Shown here one piece after another: positions 47,833-58,305 of a stretch of 64,000 nucleotides of DNA. A program made the position numbers and the translations under genes. Position 1 is the first letter of the stretch; every line of letters begins with the position of its first letter. The notes beneath the pieces are model-generated. The model had not been told where the DNA came from. It was given only the letters and a program-made list of their open reading frames with translations, and ran no database searches. The stretch comes from an uncultured Clostridia bacterium (GTDB lineage Bacteria > Bacillota > Clostridia > Christensenellales > UBA1242): the NCBI GenBank assembly GCA_944345365.1, contig CALVMJ010000001.1:3760-67759 (forward strand), written 5' to 3'.

Positions 47833-50817
47833 ATGAGAAAACTGTTGTTATATTTTGCTGTTGCAATTGTTGTTATATTTTGTGGAGTGTCGATATACTA
47901 TGTTGTCAGAAATGACGAGGTGATTTATTCCACTTCGCAGACGAAAAATATTTACATTAACATCGATGAAACAATGCAAATTCCTGTTGTTCACGAAAGA
48001 CCAAACAAGAACACAAAACTCACTGCCGTTTCTAACAGCGAATGTGTTTTAATCGATGAAGAGGCTTGGACTTTCACTGCAAATGAACCGGGAACAGCTA
48101 TGATTACTGTTACTTCTTCAAACAAGGATTTTGGACCGTTTGAAATTATTGTTTCGGTGGGAAATGGGTCGGTTGACTGTCCTTATTACATAAGAAACGA
48201 GCAAGATCTTAGAAACATTGGAAAAGGAAAGTGGGCGATGTCGGACAATTATCAACTTGTCAACGATATTTATTTAACGGAAGAATTTAGTCCTATCGGA
48301 ATTTTTGAGAATGACGAAAGCTTTGATGTTTTGCCTTTTTCGGGTAAACTTGACGGAACATTGGAAAGGTTTTCCATTAATAATCTAAAAATAACCGACA
48401 CATCTTCCGTTCAAGATTTGCCTGCTGGATTATTTGCAGTTATTGGGGAGCAGGGAAGTGTTGAAAACATTGAAATTGTTGATTCAAGTGTAAGAGTAAA
48501 CAGCAAGTTTGCAGGAATTATAGCGGGAAGAAATTATGGGCTTATTGGAAAGTGTGGGGTATTTGATAGTGTTATCGAAAACATAAACACAGAAAATGGT
48601 TACACTGGCATTGTTTGTGGGCTTAATCAATCAAAAACTTCTTATGCACAGGTTAGCCTTTGCACAACTGAGGCAGAAATAATTTCCTATTATGTTGGTG
48701 GGGGGCTTGTTGGATATAACCGTGGCGGAGTTATTTCAAACAACTTTGTTCACACTTATTCTGCTAAGATGCGTCCATCTGATAAAAATTTTAAAAACTC
48801 TCTTTTTGGAGGATTGGTTGGGTTTACGATGAATGGAACAGAAGGGATAAAATCATCGATAATCACAAACAATCTTGTCGTTATTGACAACATTATTGGA
48901 GGGGGTGCTTCTGTGGGAGGAGTTTTTGGAGAAACTCTTGCAGAAGATGCTCAATCAAGAGGATATTATTCAATGCTTATTTATAATTCAGCTCCACTTA
49001 TTGGTGCTGTTGGGAAAAACATTTACGATTTTGAATTATCGACCACGGAAAAAGCAAAGAACTATTCAAAAAATGCTTCTAAATCAGAAATTTATAATCC
49101 TCAAACATATATCGGAGTTATTGATTCGACTTGGGATTTAAAAAACATTTGGAGTGTTACAACTGACAGATCCATAAAGATTAATTATAATAATGATTCA
49201 ATTAACTATCAAGAGTTGCCATTCTCCGAAAATGTTTTCGAAATTTTTGACAGCAATTCTTTAAAAGAAGCAATTAAATATATGCAAAATTTCCCATCGG
49301 CAAGTGTTACCTATAAAATCATGGGTGAAAGTGAGGTAAAAGAAACCACTGATGAAAATGGAGAATTAATTGAGGAAATAATTGAAAAAACATATTCTTA
49401 TTCTGTAACTGATGATTGGGAGCCTATCGGCACAAAAGAAAATCCTTTCCAAGGGAAAATTGTGGCTGAGAAAGATGCGACAATAACAATAAAGGGACTT
49501 AATGTAAAAGACAAAGAATATGCCGGATTTTTTGGGATTGTTGGTGCAAATGCAGTGATTAGTAATCTTAACTTTAATAGAGTAGGTCTTTCTGGTGATG
49601 TTGTCGGAGCTGTTGCTGGACATAATAACGGAGGAGTTATTGAAAATTGCTTCGTTCAAGGAGGTACTTTAACCTCAACTAAGTATGCTGGTGGTATTGC
49701 AGGGTTTAACAATGGTGTTATTAAGAATTCTACAGCAGAAAGTTTAATAATAAATCTTGATGTTGAAAAAGAAAAAAATATCTACCTTGGTGGAATTGCC
49801 GGTAAGACAAAAGGCAATATTGAAAATAGTATTTCTTCATATAACAGCATCAATGTTAACATTGAAAGCAAAAATAACACAATATGCATTGGTGGTGTAA
49901 CTGGATTTGTTGAAGATGCCATTATATTATCCACAAAAGTGGAAGGGTTTAAGGCTGTTAGCTATAAGTATTTAAGCAGAACTTATGGCGGAGGCATTGT
50001 TGGATATGCAACTAAGTCAACTATAAGAAACTGCGGTGTTACTGAAAGCTCAAATATTGATCTTAATTCTAATATCGTTTCATCTGCTGGTGGAGGAATT
50101 GCTGGATTCTTGGGTGCTGGCAAAGTTTTGGAATCTTCCGTTGGCTCTATTGTTTTAGACTCGTTTAACTCTGCAGGTCTTGTGAGTTTTGTGAGCAGTG
50201 ATTCAGTTATTGAAGAATCTTATGTCGGGCTTAGTTCAATAATAGAGGGGAAATATGTGGGTGGATTGACTTGCAATTTATATGGAAAAATTGAAAATGC
50301 TTACACACTTGCTAATTTAAAAGGAAGTGAAATTGAAGCAGGTATGACAACATATCTTTGGCAAGGAGCCTCGATTTCCTATGTTTATACATATTGTGCT
50401 TATAGCGATGAAGCAAAAAAAGCCTATGCACAGACAAGTTCGCCTTTTGTAGTTGATTTGCCAAAGGATAAGTTTGGTAAAATCACAAACTCTATTGTAG
50501 TTATTTCTGATACTGAAGAGCTTCCAAACAATAAATTTTTTGATAACTTTGTCTGGAAGGTTTTGTCCAGAGATAATAAAGTGGAAGTTGAAATTCAAAT
50601 TAACTTCATAGGAAATAAAAATTGTAATTTTTGCAAAGAATTTGCGTTAATAGGAACGGCAGATAACCACGTTTTATTCAAGTCATTAGGATTTGATAAC
50701 AATATTTGGAAATTTGGCGATACTCAGCGTGAAAGTTCGCCGGTACTAAATGATACTTTTGACTCGGGCTTTGCAAGCATTCCAGTGAGCGACGACAGCA
50801 CAGAAGAAGTTGCATAA
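47833..50817 (+). CDS. second GLUG-motif surface protein with N-terminal Ig-like segment
   Basis: N-terminal TM; GNGS..PY.I.NEQDL; many G(G)IAG.N motifs; two modules. Confidence 0.78.
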   Translation: MRKLLLYFAVAIVVIFCGVSIYYVVRNDEVIYSTSQTKNIYINIDETMQIPVVHERPNKNTKLTAVSNSECVLIDEEAWTFTANEPGTAMITVTSSNKDFGPFEIIVSVGNGSVDCPYYIRNEQDLRNIGKGKWAMSDNYQLVNDIYLTEEFSPIGIFENDESFDVLPFSGKLDGTLERFSINNLKITDTSSVQDLPAGLFAVIGEQGSVENIEIVDSSVRVNSKFAGIIAGRNYGLIGKCGVFDSVIENINTENGYTGIVCGLNQSKTSYAQVSLCTTEAEIISYYVGGGLVGYNRGGVISNNFVHTYSAKMRPSDKNFKNSLFGGLVGFTMNGTEGIKSSIITNNLVVIDNIIGGGASVGGVFGETLAEDAQSRGYYSMLIYNSAPLIGAVGKNIYDFELSTTEKAKNYSKNASKSEIYNPQTYIGVIDSTWDLKNIWSVTTDRSIKINYNNDSINYQELPFSENVFEIFDSNSLKEAIKYMQNFPSASVTYKIMGESEVKETTDENGELIEEIIEKTYSYSVTDDWEPIGTKENPFQGKIVAEKDATITIKGLNVKDKEYAGFFGIVGANAVISNLNFNRVGLSGDVVGAVAGHNNGGVIENCFVQGGTLTSTKYAGGIAGFNNGVIKNSTAESLIINLDVEKEKNIYLGGIAGKTKGNIENSISSYNSINVNIESKNNTICIGGVTGFVEDAIILSTKVEGFKAVSYKYLSRTYGGGIVGYATKSTIRNCGVTESSNIDLNSNIVSSAGGGIAGFLGAGKVLESSVGSIVLDSFNSAGLVSFVSSDSVIEESYVGLSSIIEGKYVGGLTCNLYGKIENAYTLANLKGSEIEAGMTTYLWQGASISYVYTYCAYSDEAKKAYAQTSSPFVVDLPKDKFGKITNSIVVISDTEELPNNKFFDNFVWKVLSRDNKVEVEIQINFIGNKNCNFCKEFALIGTADNHVLFKSLGFDNNIWKFGDTQRESSPVLNDTFDSGFASIPVSDDSTEEVA

Positions 50818-50851
50818 AAAAATATATGAGCAGATGCTCATATATTTTTTT
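50816..50851. terminator. bidirectional terminator
   Basis: AAAAAAATATATGAGC-AGAT-GCTCATATATTTTTTT perfect stem. Confidence 0.9.
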
Positions 50852-50859
50852 ATTTAAGA

Positions 50860-51126
50860 TTATTCGCTTTTTAATGCTTCTTCGTATGCAGAAAGAATTA
50901 TCTTTTTAAGTTCGTCTCTAACCTCTGTCTTTATTGGGTGAACGATGTCTTTGTATTCTCCGTCAGGAGTTTTCCTGCTTGGCATTGAAATAAAGAGACC
51001 ATCTTTTCCTTCAATAATTTTGATGTCGTGAACAACTATGCTGTCTTCAATTGTGAGAGAAGCAACAGCTTTTAATTTAGCATCCTCTTTGCTTACTATT
51101 CTGATTCTTACATCTGTGATTTTCAA
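50860..51126 (-). CDS. spoVG: septation regulator SpoVG
   Basis: [34 protein letters not shown]; TTG start at 51126 after AAGGAAGG. Confidence 0.93.
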   Translation of the reverse strand: MKITDVRIRIVSKEDAKLKAVASLTIEDSIVVHDIKIIEGKDGLFISMPSRKTPDGEYKDIVHPIKTEVRDELKKIILSAYEEALKSE

Positions 51127-51273
51127 GTCTTTATACCTTCCTTTTATTATTTTGTTGTTTAACAACTATTAATATTTTAGTATTTTTTTTAAAAAAACAC
51201 AAATAAAATTAAGCTGAAAATAAAAAAAATATAAACATATCACCTTTTTTTACTGCAATTCATAAATAATTGT

Positions 51274-51984
51274 GTGGTTTATAACTATAACGGAGTAAAA
51301 ATTTATTACGAATTTATCGAGGGCGAAGGTATTGTCAATGTTTTTTTACATGGTTGGGGGAGAGAGTCTTCTGATTTCAATGAATTAAGGCATTTGGGTG
51401 GATATTTGCTGATTGATTTGCCACCTTTTGGGAAGAGTGAGAATATAAGAAATTGGAGTATTTTTACTTATGCAAACATGGTGATATGTCTTTGCAGGCA
51501 CTTGAATATAAAAAAATATAACCTTATTGGTCATTCTTTTGGGGGACGAATTTCGATAATCATCTCTGCAATGGAAAAGGATAAAGTGAATAAACTTGTG
51601 TTAATAGATAGTGCAGGCATGAAACCAAAGAGGAATCTTAATTATAAGTTAAAGTTAATTAAAATTAAAATACGCAAGAAACTTGGTTTAAGCATTGATA
51701 AGTATGCTTCTAGAGATTACAAAAATTTAAGTCCAGAAATGAAAAAGGTCTTTTCGTCAATAGTAAACACTCATCTAGAAGAAAGTGCAAGACTTATAGA
51801 TTGTAAAACACTAATTATATTTGGAGAAAAGGATAAGGAAACTCCCATTTATATGGCCAAAAAACTCAATAAGTTAATCAAAAATTCATCTCTCGTGATA
51901 TTAAAAAATTGTGCACATTTTTGTTTTTTGGAAAGAAAAATTCTTTTTGAAGAAATTTTAAATAACTTTATTAAGGAGGCATAA
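51274..51984 (+). CDS. alpha/beta hydrolase
   Basis: LHGWG, DLPPFG, GHSFGG nucleophile elbow, GEKD.ETP, AHF. Confidence 0.9.
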   Translation: MVYNYNGVKIYYEFIEGEGIVNVFLHGWGRESSDFNELRHLGGYLLIDLPPFGKSENIRNWSIFTYANMVICLCRHLNIKKYNLIGHSFGGRISIIISAMEKDKVNKLVLIDSAGMKPKRNLNYKLKLIKIKIRKKLGLSIDKYASRDYKNLSPEMKKVFSSIVNTHLEESARLIDCKTLIIFGEKDKETPIYMAKKLNKLIKNSSLVILKNCAHFCFLERKILFEEILNNFIKEA

Positions 51985-53403
51985 ATGTTTGTTTTGTATT
52001 CTGTTTTTTTGGCTGTTTTATTATTATTAATAAGTTACCCCTATATAAAATTTTATCAATTAAATGGATATGATATTAAACTTTTTCTCGAAAATATTTT
52101 CTATTGTCCGTTTAGGCTTGATGATAAAAATAGTCTGGTCTTTACTAAGCGTATTATAAGGTTTTTATGCGTTTACTTTTTAATTTTGACTTGCGTTTTT
52201 ATTCCTATCTTTCTTTATATAACCAATTTTTGGCTCATACTTTTAGATTTTGTTGTTGTGGCAATACTTTTGCCTATTTTCATAAGTTTAGCTCATTTGT
52301 TGGTTGCTCCTTTTGAGAAAGGTGTTAATAATTACTATATCTTCAAAACTAAAAAATTTCTTAAAGATTTTAAAGGAAAAAAGATTGCAATTGTTGGAAG
52401 CTACGGCAAAACTTCGGTTAAAAATATATTAAATGAGATATTAAAAGACTCCTATGAAACTGTTGCTTCTCCAAAGAATTATAATACGCCTATGGGGGTT
52501 TGCTTGACAACTAAGTTAATAAGCAAAAACACCGAGGTTGCTATTTTTGAGATGGGAGCTAGAAGAAAGGGAGAAATTAAGGAGCTTGTGGACATTGTAG
52601 ACCCAGACTGGGGAATTATGACTGCTGTTGGAGAACAACACATTGAAACATTTAACGATCTTTCAACCATAAAAGAAACCAAGTTCGAGCTTGTGAAAAA
52701 TATAAAATTAAATGGCAAGGTTGTTTTTAACTGTGCAAGCGACAACACATACGAGCTTTATAAAAAATGCGACAAAACAAAATTTTTGGCCTGTAAAAAA
52801 GGAGGAATCTCTTGGTTTGAAAACTTGGAATATTCAAGTGATGGTCTTTCATTTGACATGATTATTGATAGTAAAAAGGCTAGGGTTAAAACTAAACTCC
52901 TTGGAAAGCTTAACTGTCAAAACATTGTTCTTGCCTCGACTGTTGCTTATTTACTAGGTGTTGATTTTGAGACTATTTGCAAAAAAATTGAAACCTTAAA
53001 TCCTATAAAAAGCAGACTTGAAATAATTGAAAACAAAAATTTTGTGATTATTGACGATTCATATAATGCCAACATTGAGGGTGCTGAGAATGCGTTAGAA
53101 GTTTTGTCCTCCTTTCAAGGGGAAAAAATTGTTGTTACAAGTGGGCTTGTCGAGCTTGGATCATTACAATATGAAAAAAATTTTAATTTAGGCAAGCAAA
53201 TTGGATTTGTGGCTGATAAAGTTTTAATCATGAATGAAGTTAACAAAAAAGCAATTTTACAAGGGCTTAAACAAACTGGATTTAAGATGGATAATGTGTG
53301 GTTTGCATTGACAAGATTTGAGCAAAAGGAAGTCTTAAAAAAGATAACATCAAAAGGTTGTGTAGTTTTGTTTCAAAACGATTTGCCAGATAACTATAAA
53401 TAG
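51985..53403 (+). CDS. murF: MurF with N-terminal membrane segment
   Basis: AIVGSYGKTSVK, NYNT.MG, FEMGAR, IIDDSYNAN; three N-terminal hydrophobic helices. Confidence 0.85.
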   Translation: MFVLYSVFLAVLLLLISYPYIKFYQLNGYDIKLFLENIFYCPFRLDDKNSLVFTKRIIRFLCVYFLILTCVFIPIFLYITNFWLILLDFVVVAILLPIFISLAHLLVAPFEKGVNNYYIFKTKKFLKDFKGKKIAIVGSYGKTSVKNILNEILKDSYETVASPKNYNTPMGVCLTTKLISKNTEVAIFEMGARRKGEIKELVDIVDPDWGIMTAVGEQHIETFNDLSTIKETKFELVKNIKLNGKVVFNCASDNTYELYKKCDKTKFLACKKGGISWFENLEYSSDGLSFDMIIDSKKARVKTKLLGKLNCQNIVLASTVAYLLGVDFETICKKIETLNPIKSRLEIIENKNFVIIDDSYNANIEGAENALEVLSSFQGEKIVVTSGLVELGSLQYEKNFNLGKQIGFVADKVLIMNEVNKKAILQGLKQTGFKMDNVWFALTRFEQKEVLKKITSKGCVVLFQNDLPDNYK

Positions 53404-53411
53404 GAGGGATA

Positions 53412-54503
53412 ATGGAAGAGATCGCTGTCATTTTTGGTGGAAAAAGTGTAGAGCATGACATATCTGTTATTACAGGAATTCAAACGATTAAATTTTTAAA
53501 GGAAAATTATAAATGCCTTTCAATTTACATAGATGGAAATGGAACTTGGTGGACGGGAAAAAATTTGGATAATCCAAAGATATATCAGGATTTTTTTAAA
53601 AGAGCAAAATCTTTAAAGAAAATAACTCCAATTTTTGGTGGAGGTGCTTTTAAGGTTGGTTTAAAAAGAAAAAAAGTTTATTCATGCGTAGTTTGTTGTC
53701 ATGGATTAAACGGAGAAGACGGAAGTGTTGCAGGGGTTTTGGAACTTTGCAACTTGCCTTATACCTCTTGTGGAATTTTGTCTAGTAGTGTTTGTATGGA
53801 TAAGGCTTTTACAAAGGCAATTTTAGCAAACTCTAATTTAAAAACAACTAATTATAAAGTTGTTTTTGGGTGGGAGTTAGAAAAATCATCAAATATTTTA
53901 AGTTTAATTTTAGAGGACTTAAAATTCCCACTTATTGTTAAGCCTGCAAACTTGGGTAGCAGTGTTGGTATAAGCGTTTGTAACACAAAAGAGGAGTTAA
54001 TAAAGGCGACGGAAATAGCACTACACTTTGATAGTAAAGTTTTAATAGAAGAATTCTTAAAGGGTTGCGAAGAATTCAATTGTGCTTGCTTTTCCTATAA
54101 TGATAAAGTTTTTACATCTGATGTTTGTGTTGTTAATAAGGGGGAGATTTTTTCATTTGATGACAAATATATAAAACAGTCAGATTTTTCTAATGAAGAA
54201 ATTTCAAATTGCTTAAAACAAGAAATAAAGAATGCAACGCAAGATGTTTACAAAATGTTTGAGTGTTTTGGCGTTGTAAGGGTTGATTTTTTGTGGAAAG
54301 ATGGAGAACTTTTTGTCAATGAAATAAATACTATTCCAGGGGCGCTTTCATGCTACTTATTTCCAAATAGATTTAAAGAAGTCTTGGATATTATGATTGA
54401 GCAAAGCAGAAAAAGGTTGAAAGAAAAAGAAAAAATAAGCTATTCATTTAAAAGTGATGCATTAAAACTTTTTGAAAGCAGTGTAGAAGTTTTTAAAAAA
54501 TAG
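53412..54503 (+). CDS. ddl: D-alanine--D-alanine ligase
   Basis: FGGKSVEHDIS, HG.NGEDG, VKPANLGSSVGI, NEINTIPG; K-Y retained in omega loop (FDDKY). Confidence 0.93.
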   Translation: MEEIAVIFGGKSVEHDISVITGIQTIKFLKENYKCLSIYIDGNGTWWTGKNLDNPKIYQDFFKRAKSLKKITPIFGGGAFKVGLKRKKVYSCVVCCHGLNGEDGSVAGVLELCNLPYTSCGILSSSVCMDKAFTKAILANSNLKTTNYKVVFGWELEKSSNILSLILEDLKFPLIVKPANLGSSVGISVCNTKEELIKATEIALHFDSKVLIEEFLKGCEEFNCACFSYNDKVFTSDVCVVNKGEIFSFDDKYIKQSDFSNEEISNCLKQEIKNATQDVYKMFECFGVVRVDFLWKDGELFVNEINTIPGALSCYLFPNRFKEVLDIMIEQSRKRLKEKEKISYSFKSDALKLFESSVEVFKK

Positions 54504-54584
54504 TTTGTCATGTTTTGTCTGTTTTTGTTGGGCTGGTGACTCTTTTTACAAAAAGAACTATACTGCTTAAAACAAGGAGGAAAA

Positions 54585-56039
54585 ATGTTTTTAAGGGATT
54601 TGTTTGATGATGAAAGTTGTCTTACGCAAAATCAAAAGGAAATTGAAGTTAAAGATATTTCTATTGATTTAAATTCTGCTAAAAATGGGGATCTGTTTTT
54701 TGATTTAAAAGGCGATAAAAATCTTAATTCAATTTTAAAAACAGGGGTGAGTTTTGTTATAAGGCTTGGTAAAAAAAATAAGAACGATGGGAAAAAAGTT
54801 TTTTCTTGCCCTGATGTGCGAGAGAGGTTTGCAACATATTCAAAAAAACTAAATAATTGTGTTTGTGATAAGCTTAAAATAATTGGAATAACTGGAACAA
54901 ACGGAAAAACATCGACTGCAAGATTAATTTCTGATATTTTAAAAGAGAGCGGAAAAAATGTTGGAATAATTGGGACTATGGGTGGGGAATTTTGTGACAA
55001 CCTTGTTGAAACAGGTTTTACCACACCTGATCCACATATACTTCATAAATTACTAAGGCAGATGTATTCAAGTGGCATTGAATATGTGGTTATGGAGGTT
55101 TCTGCCCATGCTATTGCTTTGAAAAAGCTTGAAGGGGTCAAATTTGAAGTTTTGTGTTTAACAAACATAACCCAAGACCACCTGGATTTTTTTGGGGATA
55201 TTGAAACTTATGCCCAGACAAAAATATCTATCTTTACCGAAAAGTTTGCAAGGCAGGCTGTTTTATGCATCGATGATGATTATGCAAGAAAGCTTACGAA
55301 TGAGATAAAAATCCCTTTTGTTACTTATGGAGTTGAAAGTCCAAGTGATGTTTTTGCCATTGATATTTTAAAGTCCTTTTCTGGTAGTGATTTTATTTGC
55401 AACTCTATGGATGAAGTTTTTAGAATCTCGACAAAGCTTGTGGGAGATTATAATGTTTTAAATTGTTTATGCGCAATAAGCGTTTGTTCTGTTTTGGGAA
55501 TAAGTCCCTCAAAAATAGTCAAAGGTGTGGAAAATTCTCAGCCAGAGCTCGGGAGGTTTAACACGATTGTGTTTAATGGAGTTAATGTTGTAATTGATTA
55601 TGCACACACTCCTGACGGCCTTGAAAAGGTTTTGCAAAATGCAAAAGAGCTTTGTGATAAAAGACTTTTGCTTTTGTTTGGTTGTGGAGGGAATCGTGAT
55701 AGAGGCAAAAGGCCTTTGATGGGAAGTATTGCCTTAATATACGCCGATAAAGTTTTTTTAACATCTGATAATCCTAGATTTGAAGATCCCATCGAAATAA
55801 TAAAAGATATTGAAAGTGGAATGTTTAAGGGTAAATATGTAGTTATTCCAGATAGGGCGTTGGCAATACAAACAGCATTAAGTTGTTGTGAAAGAGGAGA
55901 TTGTCTAATTATTGCAGGTAAAGGGGGAGAAAAATATCAAGATATAAAAGGTGTTAAAATTCCATATAATGATTTTGACGAAGTCCACAACTATTTTAGA
56001 AAAAATTTGGCTTTGGTCGGTGAAAAAAGGAAGGCTTAA
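54585..56039 (+). CDS. murE: UDP-MurNAc-tripeptide synthetase (meso-DAP type)
   Basis: GITGTNGKT, TTPD, MEVSAH, DYAHTPD, DNPR motif. Confidence 0.95.
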   Translation: MFLRDLFDDESCLTQNQKEIEVKDISIDLNSAKNGDLFFDLKGDKNLNSILKTGVSFVIRLGKKNKNDGKKVFSCPDVRERFATYSKKLNNCVCDKLKIIGITGTNGKTSTARLISDILKESGKNVGIIGTMGGEFCDNLVETGFTTPDPHILHKLLRQMYSSGIEYVVMEVSAHAIALKKLEGVKFEVLCLTNITQDHLDFFGDIETYAQTKISIFTEKFARQAVLCIDDDYARKLTNEIKIPFVTYGVESPSDVFAIDILKSFSGSDFICNSMDEVFRISTKLVGDYNVLNCLCAISVCSVLGISPSKIVKGVENSQPELGRFNTIVFNGVNVVIDYAHTPDGLEKVLQNAKELCDKRLLLLFGCGGNRDRGKRPLMGSIALIYADKVFLTSDNPRFEDPIEIIKDIESGMFKGKYVVIPDRALAIQTALSCCERGDCLIIAGKGGEKYQDIKGVKIPYNDFDEVHNYFRKNLALVGEKRKA

Positions 56040-56041
56040 AG

Positions 56042-56995
56042 ATGGAAATATTTTATGTTTTAACATTTATCTTAGCACTAATTATTGGACTTATATTAGT
56101 CTATCCAACAATTTTTTTGTGCAAAAAACTTAAAGTTTCACAAACAACACTGCATTATGTTGAAAAACATTCTTCTAAATCGGGCACACCTACAATGGGT
56201 GGGGTAATTTTTATTGTTTCAGCTATTTTGAGTTGTTTTTGGTTTTTTAGAGGAGAAGTCTTAACTGCCTGGCTTTGCCTGCTTGTTATGGTGGGTTATG
56301 GAGTGCTTGGGTTTTTAGATGATTTTATAAAAGTTAGGTTTCATCAAAACGAAGGCCTAAGACCATATCAAAAGATAATTGGACAAGTTGGTATAGCAAT
56401 AATTATGGCACTATATGTCTTCTTTAAAGTTGGGACAAGCCTTGATTTTTTTGGTGTTACAATTAATCTTGGCTGGTTTATAATACCATTTGTTATGCTG
56501 GTTTATTTAGCTACCACAAACAGCGTCAACTTAACCGATGGGCTTGACGGACTTGCCGGAGGAGTGAGTTTAGTGTTTTTGGTATTTTTCGGTATTATTT
56601 TAACTATGACTACGGGGCAGGAAAATCTTGCGCTTTGCTGTTTTTCTATGGTTGGAGGATTGCTTGCATTTTTGTCAGCAAATGCCTTTCCTGCCAAAAT
56701 TTTTATGGGCGACACAGGCTCTCTTGCTTTGGGAGGTTTTATTGCAAGCGTTTGCTGTCTTTCTGGAAAAGCTCTATTATTGCCAATTATAGGGCTTATG
56801 TTTGTTCTATCAGCTCTTTCTGACATAATTCAAGTTCTTCACTACAAAAGGACCAAAAAGAGAATTTTTTTGATGGCTCCTTTACATCATCATTTTGAAC
56901 AAAAAGGTGTGAATGAAAATCGCATTGTCGTAATATATATAGTTATGACAACTATCCTTGGAACACTATGCTTGTGCTTGGAGTTAGTCTTTTAG
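56042..56995 (+). CDS. mraY: phospho-MurNAc-pentapeptide transferase
   Basis: KSGTPTMGG, NLTDGLDGL, FMGDTGS, MAPLHHHFE. Confidence 0.96.
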   Translation: MEIFYVLTFILALIIGLILVYPTIFLCKKLKVSQTTLHYVEKHSSKSGTPTMGGVIFIVSAILSCFWFFRGEVLTAWLCLLVMVGYGVLGFLDDFIKVRFHQNEGLRPYQKIIGQVGIAIIMALYVFFKVGTSLDFFGVTINLGWFIIPFVMLVYLATTNSVNLTDGLDGLAGGVSLVFLVFFGIILTMTTGQENLALCCFSMVGGLLAFLSANAFPAKIFMGDTGSLALGGFIASVCCLSGKALLLPIIGLMFVLSALSDIIQVLHYKRTKKRIFLMAPLHHHFEQKGVNENRIVVIYIVMTTILGTLCLCLELVF

Positions 56996-57003
56996 GAGTT
57001 TTT

Positions 57004-58305
57004 ATGCGATATTTTAAAGGCAAGAGAGTGCTGGTTTACGGAATGGGAATCAGTGGACAATCTGCCTGTAAGCTTCTTCACTCTTATGATGCTTGCGTAA
57101 GTATATACGACGAAGATAAACGCTTTTCAAATCTTTTTTGTTTTGAAAACAACCCAATGGGAAAGGAATATGATTTGGTGGTTGTATCACCGGGTGTAAA
57201 AGTAATTGGAAATAAAATAATTAAACATTTTATAGACCAGAAAGTTTCGGTAATTTCCGAAATTGATCTTGGCTATTCCTTTTTAGAGGGAAAACTTGTG
57301 GCTATAACCGGAACAAACGGCAAAACTACCGTCACTAGCCTTTTGGGAGATATTTTCAAAAAGGACGGAAAAGAAACTTTTGTTTGTGGGAACATTGGGC
57401 TACCTCTTTCTGCAATTGCTTCAAGCACGACAAAAAAAAGCTTTACAGTTTGCGAGGTGAGTAATTTTCAACTGGAACTATCCAAAGTTTTTAATCCCGA
57501 CATTGCCTGCATCTTAAACTTGCAAGAAGATCACATCGATCGCCACGGAAATTTTGCTGAGTATGTTAGAGTCAAAAACAAAATCAGCCAAAATTTTTCA
57601 AAGGCAAATCTTTTGGTATATAACTTAGACGATGACAACTGTGGCCTTGTAGATTTGACTAAAAACACAAGTACTTTTTCAAAACAAGAGCAAAAAAGAG
57701 GAAGCTATGTAAAAGACGGAGAAATTTTTTTCAACAAAACAAAAATTATGCCGGTTAGCGATGTCCCTTTAATTGGAGATAAAAATTTGGAGAATGTGCT
57801 TGCTTGTGTAAATATTGCTATGCACTGCAAGGTAAAAATTAACAATTTAAAAGATGCCATAAAGGACTTTATTCCACCAGCTCACAGACTTGAATTTGTT
57901 GGAAAGTTTAATGGTGTGGAATTTTTTAACGACTCAAAATCCACAAATGTTGCGTGTGTTGAAATGGCAATTGAAAGTTTAAAAAGAAAGAATCTCATTC
58001 TTTTGCTTGGAGGACAAAACAAGGATTGCAACTTTGCACATATGTTCACAAAAGGATATGACATTAAAGAAGTGATTTGTTTTGGAAGTGCTGGGCAGTC
58101 AATTTTTATCACGGCAAAATCCCATGGATATAATGTGAAAAAATTTGACAAAATGGAAGATGCAGTGATTAATGTAATAAAAGAGGCAAAGCAAGACGAT
58201 TGTGTTTTGCTTTCACCGGGGTGTGCAAGCTTCGATGAATTTACATCTTATGTTGCAAGAGGTCAACTCTTTAAGGAAATTGTTTGTGAAAGTTTTAAAG
58301 AATAA
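57004..58305 (+). CDS. murD: UDP-MurNAc-L-Ala--D-Glu ligase
   Basis: ITGTNGKTT, EVSNFQLE, NDSKSTN, LSPGCASFD; ATG 57004. Confidence 0.95.
   Translation: MRYFKGKRVLVYGMGISGQSACKLLHSYDACVSIYDEDKRFSNLFCFENNPMGKEYDLVVVSPGVKVIGNKIIKHFIDQKVSVISEIDLGYSFLEGKLVAITGTNGKTTVTSLLGDIFKKDGKETFVCGNIGLPLSAIASSTTKKSFTVCEVSNFQLELSKVFNPDIACILNLQEDHIDRHGNFAEYVRVKNKISQNFSKANLLVYNLDDDNCGLVDLTKNTSTFSKQEQKRGSYVKDGEIFFNKTKIMPVSDVPLIGDKNLENVLACVNIAMHCKVKINNLKDAIKDFIPPAHRLEFVGKFNGVEFFNDSKSTNVACVEMAIESLKRKNLILLLGGQNKDCNFAHMFTKGYDIKEVICFGSAGQSIFITAKSHGYNVKKFDKMEDAVINVIKEAKQDDCVLLSPGCASFDEFTSYVARGQLFKEIVCESFKE

Noticed and set aside
51241-51268. sigma-K-like promoter (CACC-N16-CATAAATA) before the hydrolase-murF operon
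   Set aside because: It fits the consensus but lies only 5 nt from the start codon and the motif is short; not supportable without TSS data
54130-54180. D-Ala-D-Lac (vancomycin-resistance type) ligase
   Set aside because: The omega loop keeps the K-Y tyrosine, and no van accessory genes are nearby
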